From: an uncultured Acidobacteriota bacterium
GTDB lineage: Bacteria > Acidobacteriota > Terriglobia > Terriglobales > Acidobacteriaceae
Assembly (NCBI GenBank): GCA_963808795.1
Contig: CAWEGL010000001.1
Coordinates: 127,381-191,380 of the forward strand
Length of the DNA: 64,000 nt
Direction of reading: 5' to 3'
Positions 49,335 through 59,040 of this stretch are shown piece after piece. Position 1 is the stretch's first letter. The number at the start of each line of letters is the position of its first letter. Under the pieces are notes generated by a model. It did not search any database, was not told where the DNA came from, and saw only the letters and a program-made list of their open reading frames with translations. Made by a program: the position numbers and the translations under genes.

Positions 49335-50446
49335 ACTGGATGCGTATAAAGGGTTTGATGCGGAAGGAGGTCTATGAAATACTCCGCGATCCTTCCAGCA
49401 TCGCCATTGCGTTCGTGCTGCCCCTGGTGCTTCTGTTGATCTTCGGGTACGGCGTCTCACTCGACGCTCGAAGTATCTCCATTGCGGAGGTTGTTGACCA
49501 GCCAACGCATCTCACAGCATCTTTCCTCGCGGAGTTGCAACGCAATCAGTGGTTTCACCCGATCCTCTATCCGGATCAGGCATCTGCGGAGCAGGCATTG
49601 TTGCATGGCCGAGCCGAAGCCATTCTTTGGCTGCGCAGCGATTTTTCCCAGATCGCCTTGAGTAGCGGGAGCGCTCCGATTCATCTTACCGTGAACGGCG
49701 TCGATGCCAATCAGGCTCGCATCATTCAGAACTACATCAGTGGAACATGGCAAGTTTGGCTTCAGCAGGAGGCGACAGCACAGGGTGGGCATCTCGCAGC
49801 GCCCGTGGTAGCGGATACGCGAGTGTGGTTCAACCCTGCGCTCGCCAGCCGTGACTATCTGATTCCCGGACTGATCGCCATCATCATGACGCTCATCGGA
49901 GGGTTGTTGACAGCACTGGTTGTAGCCAGAGAGTGGGAGCGCGGCACGATGGAAGGCATTATGGTTACGCCCGTCGCCAAAACAGAAATTCTGCTGGGAA
50001 AGCTGGTCCCATATTTTGTCATGGGGATGGGCGGAATGATGATGTCCACTGCGATGGCGGTCTTCCTGTTTCATGTGCCGCTGCGTGGCTCGTTCGCGGT
50101 GCTCTTTGGTACTGCCGCACTCTTCCTGCTCACCGCCCTGGGCATGGGATTGGCGATCTCCGTCCTGGCGCGCAGCCAGTTCGTCGCCGCCATGGTGGCC
50201 ATTGTTACCACGTTCCTTCCTGCGTTCATTCTGTCGGGATTCCTGTTCGACATTCGTTCCATGCCGCAAGTCATTCAGGTTCTGACCCACATCGTGGCAG
50301 CCCGCTACTTCGTGACCATGCTGCAAACTACCTTTCTGGCGGGCGACATGTGGTCCGTCCTTTTGCCCAATGCGCTGGGATTGGCCATCCTCTGTGTGCT
50401 CTTTCTGGGCCTCTCCGTATTGCGGTTTCGTAAGAGGTTGGACTGA
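49331..50446 (+). CDS. ABC-2 permease (YbhS-like)
   Basis: AREWERGTME..VTP; LSGFLF..MP. Confidence 0.92.
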   Translation: MNWMRIKGLMRKEVYEILRDPSSIAIAFVLPLVLLLIFGYGVSLDARSISIAEVVDQPTHLTASFLAELQRNQWFHPILYPDQASAEQALLHGRAEAILWLRSDFSQIALSSGSAPIHLTVNGVDANQARIIQNYISGTWQVWLQQEATAQGGHLAAPVVADTRVWFNPALASRDYLIPGLIAIIMTLIGGLLTALVVAREWERGTMEGIMVTPVAKTEILLGKLVPYFVMGMGGMMMSTAMAVFLFHVPLRGSFAVLFGTAALFLLTALGMGLAISVLARSQFVAAMVAIVTTFLPAFILSGFLFDIRSMPQVIQVLTHIVAARYFVTMLQTTFLAGDMWSVLLPNALGLAILCVLFLGLSVLRFRKRLD

Positions 50447-51564
50447 TGCGGGCGATTCTCCAACGCGTATTCGCGCTCGCCGTTAAGGAGCTTCTGGCAC
50501 TGTTGCGCGATCCGGCAAGCCGAGCCGTCCTGATCGGCCCGCCGATCATTCAACTGTTGGTTTTTGGCTATGCGGCAACATTCGATCTCACACATGTTCC
50601 CTTTGTTGTCTACAACCAGGACCAGGGACAAGCCTCGCGCGAGCTCATCGCTCGTTTTGCCGGCGCGCCCAGCTTCGATCTGCTGCGCCCGGTTCACAAT
50701 CAAAAGGAGCTGGAGCAGGCCATTGACGACCAGTCTGCGCTCATGGCCATGGACATTGGCCCCAACTTTAGTGCCGATCTGGAACGAGGACAAACTGCGC
50801 ACATCCAACTCATTCTGGACGGCAGAGACTCGAATACGGCCGCACTTGCAATGGGCTACGCGCAATCCATCGTAGCCCGGTTCAATGAAGCGGAAATCGT
50901 GCAGCACGGAATGAAACCACCTCCAGCGGTACTTCTGGATCGCGCATGGTTCAATCCAAATCTCGACTCACGCTGGTTTATTGTCCCCGGCATCTGCGGC
51001 ATCCTCACTCTGCTGGTAAGTATGCTGACGACGGGGCTTTCGGTGGCGCGCGAGCGTGAGATGGGGACCTTTGACCAGCTTCTCGTAACCCCAATGCCTC
51101 CGACGGAGATTCTGGTAGGGAAAACTCTGCCCGGCTTTCTGGTTGGTACGGCCGAAGGCTCTCTCATCATTTTCATGGCGATATTTTGGTTTCACGTTCC
51201 ATTCACCGGAAGCCTCTTGGGTCTCTACATCGGTTTGCTCTGCTTCTTGGTTTCAACGTTGGGCATAGGATTGATGTTCTCGTCTTTAGCTGTCACACAG
51301 CAGCAAGGGCTGTTAGGCGTCTTTCTCTTCCTGGTGCCGGCCATTGTTCTCTCCGGTTTCGCAACTCCGATTGCCAATATGCCACAAGCAGTGCAGTACA
51401 TCACGCTCCTTGATCCGCTGCGATATTTCCTGATCGTTCTGCGTGGCAGCTTTCTGGAAGGCGGGGGGGCATCCCTGTTCTGGCCGCAATATTGGCCATT
51501 GCTCGTGATTGGACTGGCCAGCATGACCGTGGCTGCCAGCCTTTTCCGCCGTCGGCTTTCCTGA
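50446..51564 (+). CDS. ABC-2 permease (YbhR-like)
   Basis: AREREMGTFDQLLVTP; LSGFATPIANMP. Confidence 0.92.
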   Translation: MRAILQRVFALAVKELLALLRDPASRAVLIGPPIIQLLVFGYAATFDLTHVPFVVYNQDQGQASRELIARFAGAPSFDLLRPVHNQKELEQAIDDQSALMAMDIGPNFSADLERGQTAHIQLILDGRDSNTAALAMGYAQSIVARFNEAEIVQHGMKPPPAVLLDRAWFNPNLDSRWFIVPGICGILTLLVSMLTTGLSVAREREMGTFDQLLVTPMPPTEILVGKTLPGFLVGTAEGSLIIFMAIFWFHVPFTGSLLGLYIGLLCFLVSTLGIGLMFSSLAVTQQQGLLGVFLFLVPAIVLSGFATPIANMPQAVQYITLLDPLRYFLIVLRGSFLEGGGASLFWPQYWPLLVIGLASMTVAASLFRRRLS

Positions 51565-51698
51565 TCTGAGGCAAGCCGGGAGCCGGGTCGATTCACCATA
51601 CCGCGCGTGCGCTGGATCACGGCGTCAACCTGCGGAGTTTCGCTATTTCATAGGTTGTCGATGCTGTTCCTTGCTGCGTCGCCGCCTGAAAGGATTCA

Positions 51699-53759
51699 TT
51701 GAACATTATGTCGATTGTGGGCAGTCTTGCCCTGCTGTTCGCTCTGGCGCTTTCCATGTATAACCTGGCTTTCGGCGCCATCGCTCAGCGTCAGATTTCT
51801 ACGGGGAGCCGAGGCCGAATATCACCAGCACGACTGGCTGGGACCGCCCGATACGCGGGAATGGCGGCATTCGCCGCGGTCTCGGCGGCGGTCTTCGCGC
51901 TGGAGTGGGCGATTTTTGCCAACGACTTCTCTCTCGCCTATGTCGTGCATGAATCCAACCGCGCGCTTCCAGGAGCGTACAAGTTTGCCGCGCTCTGGTC
52001 CGGCCAGGAAGGTTCTCTGCTGCTGTGGGCGTGGCTGCTTACGGGCTGTGGATTCGTGCTCCGTTTACGCCATAGAGTCGCCCCCCGGCTGGTCTCATTC
52101 GCGTCCACAATCATTGCCGGGATTGAGGTCTTCTTTCTCCTTCTTCTGAACTTCGAGGCCTTGCCTTTCGCCCAGGTGGTGGGCGCCATACCTGCCGATG
52201 GCTTCGGGATGAATCCCCTGTTGCAATATCCGGAGATGGTCATTCATCCTCCGTTGCTCTATCTGGGTTACGTCGGCTTCAGCGTGCCATTTGCGCTCGC
52301 GCTTGGGGCGCTCATCATGCGTTATCCGGGAGAGAAGTGGCTGCCTGTCACTCGTCGCTGGGCGATGTTGAGCTGGATCTTTTTGACTGCGGGAATCCTG
52401 CTCGGCATGCACTGGGCCTATGCGGTGCTCGGCTGGGGAGGTTACTGGGGCTGGGACCCGGTGGAAAATGCATCGCTGATGCCCTGGCTTACCGGCACAG
52501 CGTTTCTGCATTCGACCATCATGCAGCAGCGGCGCGGCATGATGAAGAACTGGAATGTCTGGCTCATTTTTTCAACCTTCATGCTCTGCATCCTGGGCAC
52601 ACTGCTTACCCGTTCCGGCATCGTCAGTTCCGTACACGCCTTCGGGGAATCCTCCATTGGGAACTGGTTCTGGATCTTTCTAGTGCTCGTCCTGCTGGTT
52701 TGCGCGCTTACCACTGCACGCCGGCGCGACTACTTGAAATCGGAGCACGAAATTGACTCGCTGGTCTCGCGCGAAGCGAGTGTTCTGTTTGGTGTACTGG
52801 TGCTGCTGGGTGCATGCGCCGCAGTCTTCCTCGGTACGCTCTTCCCCGTCTTCTCTGCGCTCGTGGACGGCAACAAGGTCACTGTCGGGCCACCGTTCTA
52901 CAACCGCGTGGTCATACCCATCGGACTCTTTCTGCTCCTGCTCACCGGGGTCACTCCGCTGCTCTCAGGCCGAAGCAAATCTTTCACGGGCATCCTAAAG
53001 AGCTTCGTATTTCCGGGGCTTGCTGGCGCGTTCAGCGCATTCGTACTCATCGTGTTCGGTATTCGCCCGTGGGCGGATCGAGGCGTGTTCTTTTCCTGGC
53101 TGTGTTTCTCTCTTGCCGCTTTCGTCATCACAGCCATCGGCACGGAGTTTATGCGCGGAGTACTGCTGAGCCAACGGCAGTCCGGAAACGCTCTGCTCTC
53201 TTCGATGCGCCAGCATGCCTTCGCCAATACCCGGCGGTATGGCGCCTACATCGTTCATTTCGGCATCGTGCTGATGTTCGTCGGCTTCGCTGGTTCGGCC
53301 TTCAATCGCAGCATCGAGAAGCAACTTGATGCCGGACAGAGCATGAACATAGGCCCCTATCAGCTTGTCTCTCGGGGCTACGTGCAGGAGTCAAACGACA
53401 ACTATATCGCCGAGCGCTCTCAGATCGATGTCTACCGGGATGGCAAGATTCAGTTCCAACTTGGTCCGGAAGCGCGGCTCTACCGGACCAGCCAGAATGT
53501 TCAGACCGTTGTAGCGAATCGCTCCACGCTGCTCTGGGATCTCTACGTAGTCTATGAAGGGCGCGACCAGAACAGCGGACTCCCGGAGATCAAGGCATTC
53601 CTGAATCCGCTCGTCCTCTGGATTTGGATCGGCGCAGGCATCGTGCTCCTGGGTACGCTGGTCGCGCTGACACCAAACCTCCGCGTGCGGCCCGTGGCCA
53701 ATTCAGCAAGTGAGGCCGCAGCGCTACTTCGCCTGGCAGCTGGACCGTCTTGGCGGTGA
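51699..53759 (+). CDS. ccmF: Cytochrome c heme lyase CcmF/NrfE
   Basis: WSGQEGSLL, IHPP.LY.GY, WGGYWGWDPVENAS, SVHAF. Confidence 0.93.
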   Translation: MNIMSIVGSLALLFALALSMYNLAFGAIAQRQISTGSRGRISPARLAGTARYAGMAAFAAVSAAVFALEWAIFANDFSLAYVVHESNRALPGAYKFAALWSGQEGSLLLWAWLLTGCGFVLRLRHRVAPRLVSFASTIIAGIEVFFLLLLNFEALPFAQVVGAIPADGFGMNPLLQYPEMVIHPPLLYLGYVGFSVPFALALGALIMRYPGEKWLPVTRRWAMLSWIFLTAGILLGMHWAYAVLGWGGYWGWDPVENASLMPWLTGTAFLHSTIMQQRRGMMKNWNVWLIFSTFMLCILGTLLTRSGIVSSVHAFGESSIGNWFWIFLVLVLLVCALTTARRRDYLKSEHEIDSLVSREASVLFGVLVLLGACAAVFLGTLFPVFSALVDGNKVTVGPPFYNRVVIPIGLFLLLLTGVTPLLSGRSKSFTGILKSFVFPGLAGAFSAFVLIVFGIRPWADRGVFFSWLCFSLAAFVITAIGTEFMRGVLLSQRQSGNALLSSMRQHAFANTRRYGAYIVHFGIVLMFVGFAGSAFNRSIEKQLDAGQSMNIGPYQLVSRGYVQESNDNYIAERSQIDVYRDGKIQFQLGPEARLYRTSQNVQTVVANRSTLLWDLYVVYEGRDQNSGLPEIKAFLNPLVLWIWIGAGIVLLGTLVALTPNLRVRPVANSASEAAALLRLAAGPSWR

Positions 53760-53811
53760 TCTGTGACCACTACCGTGGCAATATTGGGCCATTTGACTTT
53801 AACTTGCCCGC

Positions 53812-53897
53812 GACCTCTGCCGATCAACGGCACAGGTCAAATCGCGCCAGACCTCTGCTGTGCCGCGGCAACGGTCCATTCTTGTGCAGACCTCTGC
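53812..53897. repeat. Three copies of GACCTCTGC at 38-39 bp spacing
   Basis: Copies start at 53812, 53850 and 53889; copies 2 and 3 share CAGACCTCTGC. Confidence 0.6.
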
Positions 53898-54243
53898 CTT
53901 CGGAAAGCAGCAAACTGGAGATACATGGCGAGGGTGCTGTCGAGGGTACTGAAGTAGTTTCCACAAGTGTTTTCCACTCCTTTTGAGTGCTCTTGATTGC
54001 CATTCAGTGTCCATAGTTTCAATGGGTTACGATCAATAGCACTTCTGTCGCGCTTTTCGCCGGGGCAACTTACACTCAACTTTCCGGCGATCCGGCAGCC
54101 TACGTCGGCACTCCTTCCAGCCTGACGAGCGCCCAGGGGGCGTTCGACGCTTCGGCGGGCTTGGCCCTCCCCGCGTACTCAATCACGCTGCTCACCGCCC
54201 GAGTTGTGCATGCGGAGCAAGCCAATGAAGTCTCGGAGCCGGT

Positions 54244-55566
54244 TTATCGGGGCAGGGAAACTTCAGGTGCGGGGCGGAACCTCCGCCGCCCGCGCCACGC
54301 TATGAGGCTGAGTTCGAGAAGGATGGCCGCGCCGTAGAAAGCCCCCAGCCAGACAAGCTCGGCCGGGGACTCGACCCAAGTGTGCCAGACCAAAATCAGC
54401 AGGCTGGCACTCGCGAGGCATCCTCCTGTCAGCGGTAAAAAGGAATGAAGCCCGATACGGCTGGAGAGCCGCAGTGCGGCAAAATTGACCGCAGCGAATA
54501 TCACGAGAAATGTGGCGCTGGCGAAGAGCGAAATCATTGCCAGCGACGCCGTGAGGGTAAATACCAGCGAAAGGGCCGTCAGCACGACGAGCGAGACGAT
54601 TGGGACCGGACGGGTGCGCTCGCGCATGGAGAAGATGGCAGGAAGGGCGTGTTCGCGCGCCATCACCATGGCCAGCCGCGCAGACCCGAAGAGCGTTGCG
54701 TTGATGGCAGACGCCGTAGACAGCAGGGCCGCTATGGCGATGAGGACAAACCCTGCGTGGCCGAGCAGGGGCTGCGCTGCAACCGCCAGCACATATTCCT
54801 GATCGTGCTGTATTTGCTGCGGTGTAAGATTGCCCAGCGCGGCAATGGACACCACGACATAGATGGCTGTCGTAACCAGGATCGCAATGATGATCGACCG
54901 CCGCAGGTTGCGCTCGGGGTTCTTCATCTCATCGACGGCGTTCGGAATCAGCTCGAAGCCTTCATACGCCACGAAAATGAGGGCGATTGCGGCCAGCGGC
55001 GTCACCGGTCCTTTGTCGAATAACGGAACGAAATGTGATAGCCGCACCCGCGCCAGACCGACTACCGCAAACAGCGCCAGGATGGCCAGCTTGGTGGCGA
55101 CGACGCTCAATTCAACGCCGCCTGAAAGCTTGGCGCCGGTGAGATTGATGACCAGGAATGCCCCCAGGACAAGCGCTGAAAGCAGGCCGGTCGTGACAGC
55201 CGAAGCGCCGATGCCGCCCACCAGTGTCGCGCCATAAGCTCCGAAGGCGGTCGCGTAAAGCGCCAGGGTGCCGACATAGCCCGCCACCAGAAGCCAACCG
55301 GCGATGCCGGCGAAGGCGGGAGCGGCGAATGCCTTTTCGATATACGTGAAGCTGCCGCCATCGTCGCGAAACGCCAGCCCCAGATGGGCGTAGGAAATGC
55401 CCGTCAAAAGCGCGATGACGCCGCCCACAGCCAGCGTCAGCGCCACCGCATGCCCTGCCACAGCGATAGCCAGCCCCAGAACCGCAAAAATGCCGCCGCC
55501 GATCATGCCGCCTATGCCAATGGCGGTCACCTCAACCAATCCAAGCTTTTCTCCATCGTCCGTCAT
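54244..55566 (-). CDS. APC-family amino acid permease
   Basis: GIGGMIGGGIF, FVAYEGFE, EMKNPERN; 12 TM pattern. Confidence 0.92.
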   Translation of the reverse strand: MTDDGEKLGLVEVTAIGIGGMIGGGIFAVLGLAIAVAGHAVALTLAVGGVIALLTGISYAHLGLAFRDDGGSFTYIEKAFAAPAFAGIAGWLLVAGYVGTLALYATAFGAYGATLVGGIGASAVTTGLLSALVLGAFLVINLTGAKLSGGVELSVVATKLAILALFAVVGLARVRLSHFVPLFDKGPVTPLAAIALIFVAYEGFELIPNAVDEMKNPERNLRRSIIIAILVTTAIYVVVSIAALGNLTPQQIQHDQEYVLAVAAQPLLGHAGFVLIAIAALLSTASAINATLFGSARLAMVMAREHALPAIFSMRERTRPVPIVSLVVLTALSLVFTLTASLAMISLFASATFLVIFAAVNFAALRLSSRIGLHSFLPLTGGCLASASLLILVWHTWVESPAELVWLGAFYGAAILLELSLIAWRGRRRFRPAPEVSLPR

Positions 55567-55851
55567 CGAAAGTGCTTCCTTTCGCAGACCCCCCGGTGGG
55601 CAAAGTCTGCTACTCGTAGTCTGGGGATGACTTTGCTATTCCTGTATCGATCCTAGCAACTCATCGTCACAGCCACCCACACGACAAGCGCAGAATCCCT
55701 TCAGGTACTGAACTGCGCCAAGCCGTTGCTTCGGCTGGATCCGGGCGAGCAGCCGGACCCAATCAGGATTCAGGTCTGAGTCGCTGCCGCGGACCGGCAA
55801 GGATTTGCCTGGAATCCGGAACCGTGCTCTGATTCCCCAAGCGAGGCCGCT

Positions 55852-56103
55852 ATGCCCCTCAAGCTGATTCGAGCCACAGAACTCGCGGAATTCGTCTATT
55901 GCTCGCGCGCATGGGAGCTGAAGTACCTCCGAGGTGTTGAGCCGTCACGCGAAGCCCGGCAACTTCAGATCGAAGGAAACGCCTGGCACGCCGCTCAAGG
56001 GCAGGTGCTCGCCCGCATCGACAGCCTTCGCTGGGCGGCTTACGCCGCTCTGGCGCTTGCAGCGCTTCTCTTCGCATTCTCCTGGCTGGGGTGGGCGCGA
56101 TGA
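55852..56103 (+). CDS. Cas4 N-terminal fragment with a C-terminal TM helix
   Basis: IRATELAEFVYCSRAW (first Fe-S Cys), GNAWH, then a hydrophobic helix. Confidence 0.75.
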   Translation: MPLKLIRATELAEFVYCSRAWELKYLRGVEPSREARQLQIEGNAWHAAQGQVLARIDSLRWAAYAALALAALLFAFSWLGWAR

Positions 56104-56630
56104 CTCTTTCCGTCATGGCGGCAACCCTCGCCGTTCTCGCGCTCGTGCTCTTCCTGCTGGCGGCGCAGTCGAGGAAACGAATCGGAATCCCCGCCGGTGC
56201 GCTCTTCTATCAGGATCTGCCCGGACAACCGTTTTATGGAAAGCCGCTGCGTTCGCACACCCTCGGCATTTCCGGAAAGCCCGATTGCCTGATCCGCACC
56301 GCCGAGGGCATTGTCCCCGTCGAATTGAAGAACGCGAGCAAGCCTCCAGCCCGCGGAGAGGTCTATCCAAGCCACATTATCCAGGCTGTGGCGTACTGCG
56401 CCCTGGTCGAGGATCAGATGAAGATCTCCGCACGCTACGCCCTGGTGATCTATGCCGGCCACCAGGTGCGCAGGGTAGAGTTTACCGACCAGCGCCGGCG
56501 GTGGCTTCTCGACACGATCCGACAGGTCCAAGTCGCGCGTGAGCGCAACACCGCGAATCGCAACCACGATCACCGGGCGCGGTGCGCCTGCTGTGGCGTC
56601 CGTTCACACTGCGATCAGGCGCTTCCGTGA
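56100..56630 (+). CDS. cas4: Cas4-like PD-(D/E)xK nuclease with an N-terminal TM helix
   Basis: GKPDCL, PVELK, QAVAY, C-x2-C-x5-C (CACCGVRSHC); ATGA overlap. Confidence 0.85.
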   Translation: MTLSVMAATLAVLALVLFLLAAQSRKRIGIPAGALFYQDLPGQPFYGKPLRSHTLGISGKPDCLIRTAEGIVPVELKNASKPPARGEVYPSHIIQAVAYCALVEDQMKISARYALVIYAGHQVRRVEFTDQRRRWLLDTIRQVQVARERNTANRNHDHRARCACCGVRSHCDQALP

Positions 56631-56644
56631 TAGCCTCTTGTGTC

Positions 56645-57307
56645 CTAAAGGTATTCGCCTCGCTCGAAGGCCTCCTGTTCCCGTTTGGCCTCGCGTGAAC
56701 GTATGAGGTCTGCGTGCTTCGGCGCAAAGATGCACTCTTCAAGAAAGAGCATTCTGCAGGGAGAAGAGCGTCGCGTGATAATCAGGTCCGGGTGCTTCTT
56801 GCAGAACCTGTGAAGCTCGTCGATTTCGATGACGTAGCTCGCGCTGCCCGACTTGAATTCATGCCGCTTCGCCTTCAGTAGTCCCTGCTCAACCCATTCT
56901 CGAACCCGGCTGTACCTCATTCGCAGATGCGCAGAGACCTGGTGCAGACTCATCGTGTCCTTGCCCATTTTAGTATGTTCCTGCCGGTAAAGAAGGTTGT
57001 AGAGGCTCTTCGCGCCGTATCCGAACCGGCGCGCAGCCGCCTGGACGCCGTGGTCGGAGATGTACTCGATCAATTTGTCGCTCTTGTCGCGATCAAATCT
57101 GTGCCTGGTCGCAGAGCCGGGACGCTGGATACCGTGCCTGGTCATGAACCTCCAACACGCGCCCTTGTTTTTCCCGGTTAGGGCAGCCAGCTCTTCGCAA
57201 ATGGCTACCGGGTGTTTGTTTTGGCGCACGATCTCAATCGCTTCTGGCGGACATCGCCGCCAAGTCCGGCGTTTGGGAGCGGAATCGATAGGGGAAGAAG
57301 AAGGCAT
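56645..57307 (-). CDS. Multi-HTH DNA-binding protein with an excisionase/MerR-like segment
   Basis: SLHQVSAHL..RYSRVREWVEQGLLKA; a second HTH GVQAAARRFGYGAKSLY. Confidence 0.55.
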   Translation of the reverse strand: MPSSSPIDSAPKRRTWRRCPPEAIEIVRQNKHPVAICEELAALTGKNKGACWRFMTRHGIQRPGSATRHRFDRDKSDKLIEYISDHGVQAAARRFGYGAKSLYNLLYRQEHTKMGKDTMSLHQVSAHLRMRYSRVREWVEQGLLKAKRHEFKSGSASYVIEIDELHRFCKKHPDLIITRRSSPCRMLFLEECIFAPKHADLIRSREAKREQEAFERGEYL

Positions 57308-57705
57308 ACCTCACCTCTGTCTCCATATACACACGAGTGGGCGAAAAGGAAGAGAGGGATAGCACTTTTTCTCTGACGTTCTATTCCAACCTGGTACAGG
57401 CAGAGAAGACTGCAATAAAACTCGCTATGTGGAAAATTGGCCCTCTATATCTATAAGGCATTCTGTTAACGCCTTTTGTTCACTTGTAACGAAATTTTCA
57501 CAATTCCCCCTTGACCCGCTGCCCACTTCATGTCAGTCGCGCATCGTCTCTCGCTTACTCATGGGGCCAGTCTTCCGCGTCAACCTGCATCTTCGAAGGA
57601 GACTCCGGAATCTCCGCAATCACGTTACAATCGACACATCGGCGTTGCGGCGTTAGCCCGTTTCTCCGCTGCGCCCCAAAGATTTGCTAGCGATGCAGAG
57701 CCCCC

Positions 57706-58284
57706 ATGGATCCGGAGCCTCCCCTCTCTGCCCGCGATTACTGGTACCTGGGCTCGCCTGATCCGGCGATCGATCTGCTGTTTCGGCGAGCGTGCGTCCT
57801 CGCGTGGCCATACGCGGTTTATTGCGCGAAGCGCTATCACAACGATCCCGATTTCGCCTACGATTTGATGGATGAAGCGGTCCGGAAGGCCGAGCATTAC
57901 TATGAGCGCTTCAACGGCCAGCGTACCGCCATTCAGCTTTCCTACCGCATTTTCCGCGCCATCAAGCGAGTATCGAAGCAATACACCAACAGAAATGAAG
58001 TGGCGGTCGGCTCGCTTTCGGACCTTGAGTTTTTGGCGCAAAGTTTTGAGGCCAGGACCGACTTCGAGCAGGACGCGTACATTCGGCAGGTTCTCGATCG
58101 CATGACCGATCGAACGCGCCAAGTCGTCCTCTGGCACCAAGCCGGCCACAGCTGGCCGCAAATTGCGAAGGTACTTGGCGTAAACCGCATCACTCTATGG
58201 CGGGAGGTTCAGAAGGAAGTCCGTGGACTCCTCCAGCTCCGGTCTGATACCCATGATCTGGACGAAAGAGGCGAGAGCGATTAA
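57706..58284 (+). CDS. Divergent ECF-type sigma factor
   Basis: Region 2-like AYDLMDEA; region 4 VLDRM..RTRQVV..AGHSWPQIAKVLGVNR. Confidence 0.7.
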   Translation: MDPEPPLSARDYWYLGSPDPAIDLLFRRACVLAWPYAVYCAKRYHNDPDFAYDLMDEAVRKAEHYYERFNGQRTAIQLSYRIFRAIKRVSKQYTNRNEVAVGSLSDLEFLAQSFEARTDFEQDAYIRQVLDRMTDRTRQVVLWHQAGHSWPQIAKVLGVNRITLWREVQKEVRGLLQLRSDTHDLDERGESD

Positions 58285-58993
58285 AGAACAAGTCAATCCC
58301 GAACAGTGGTTTGTTGAACAACTGCGCGCCTATACGCAGAGGCAGCCGAGGGGAGAAAGAACGCCGGAGTGCCCGGACGATTCCTTCCTTCACGCCTATG
58401 CGGCCAGGCCTGGTTCCGTCTCCCTTTTGGATCCGCGAGTCCGGCACGTGACGTCGTGTAATCACTGTCTGCCGCGGCTTCTTGAGCTTCGCTCGACAGA
58501 AGGCGCCCATCGTCCCGCGTTTACCCGTGCGGCAGCGATTGCGGCTTTGTGCGCCGTCTGCCTGGTTGCCGGCTTTCTCGGAGCCAGATACTGGAATCGT
58601 CAGCATGCACGGCCGATTGCGAATCAGGCAGCCAACTCGCAACCAGCCGCCGCTGTTATCGACAGGACCCTGGACCTGACCAACTATGGAACTTATCGAG
58701 GCCTCGGCTCCCATCCTTCACAACCTCCGCTCAACCTGCCGGCCACTCTCTTGCACCTGAATCTGATCCTTCCGCGATTCAGCCAGCCGGGTGCATACAC
58801 GATCATGGTCGCCGGCGATCGAGATGGCAACGGCCGCATGGCCTGCACGACCGGAATCGCAACGACGGCCGGCAATCAAACCAAGCTGACAGTAACGCTG
58901 GACTTGCGCGGCGCGAAACCAGGCGCCTACTTCCTTCTGACCGAACTCAGCGGAGAACAGAACTTCTACTCCTATCAGTTGAACATCCAGTAG
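58253..58993 (+). CDS. Anti-sigma-like protein: ZAS motif, TM helix, exported beta domain
   Basis: CPDD.FL..YA...HVTSCNHC; TM AAAIAALCAVCLVAGFLG; overlaps the sigma gene. Confidence 0.72.
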   Translation: MIWTKEARAIKEQVNPEQWFVEQLRAYTQRQPRGERTPECPDDSFLHAYAARPGSVSLLDPRVRHVTSCNHCLPRLLELRSTEGAHRPAFTRAAAIAALCAVCLVAGFLGARYWNRQHARPIANQAANSQPAAAVIDRTLDLTNYGTYRGLGSHPSQPPLNLPATLLHLNLILPRFSQPGAYTIMVAGDRDGNGRMACTTGIATTAGNQTKLTVTLDLRGAKPGAYFLLTELSGEQNFYSYQLNIQ

Positions 58994-59040
58994 CGCTCAC
59001 GGCGAGGCTCGCGCTTGCAGCGATTCCAACCGCGCACCAC

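Noticed and set aside
51606-51621. CRP-like CGTGC-N6-TCACG upstream of ccmF
   Set aside because: Only 7/10 matches; could be chance.
55570-55850. Riboswitch upstream of the APC permease
   Set aside because: Hairpins exist (gcagac/gtctgc, gcaaagtc/gactttgc), but no known aptamer consensus was recognised.
53800-57700. CRISPR-Cas locus around cas4
   Set aside because: No repeat-spacer array of 23 bp or longer and no cas1, cas2 or effector genes were seen.
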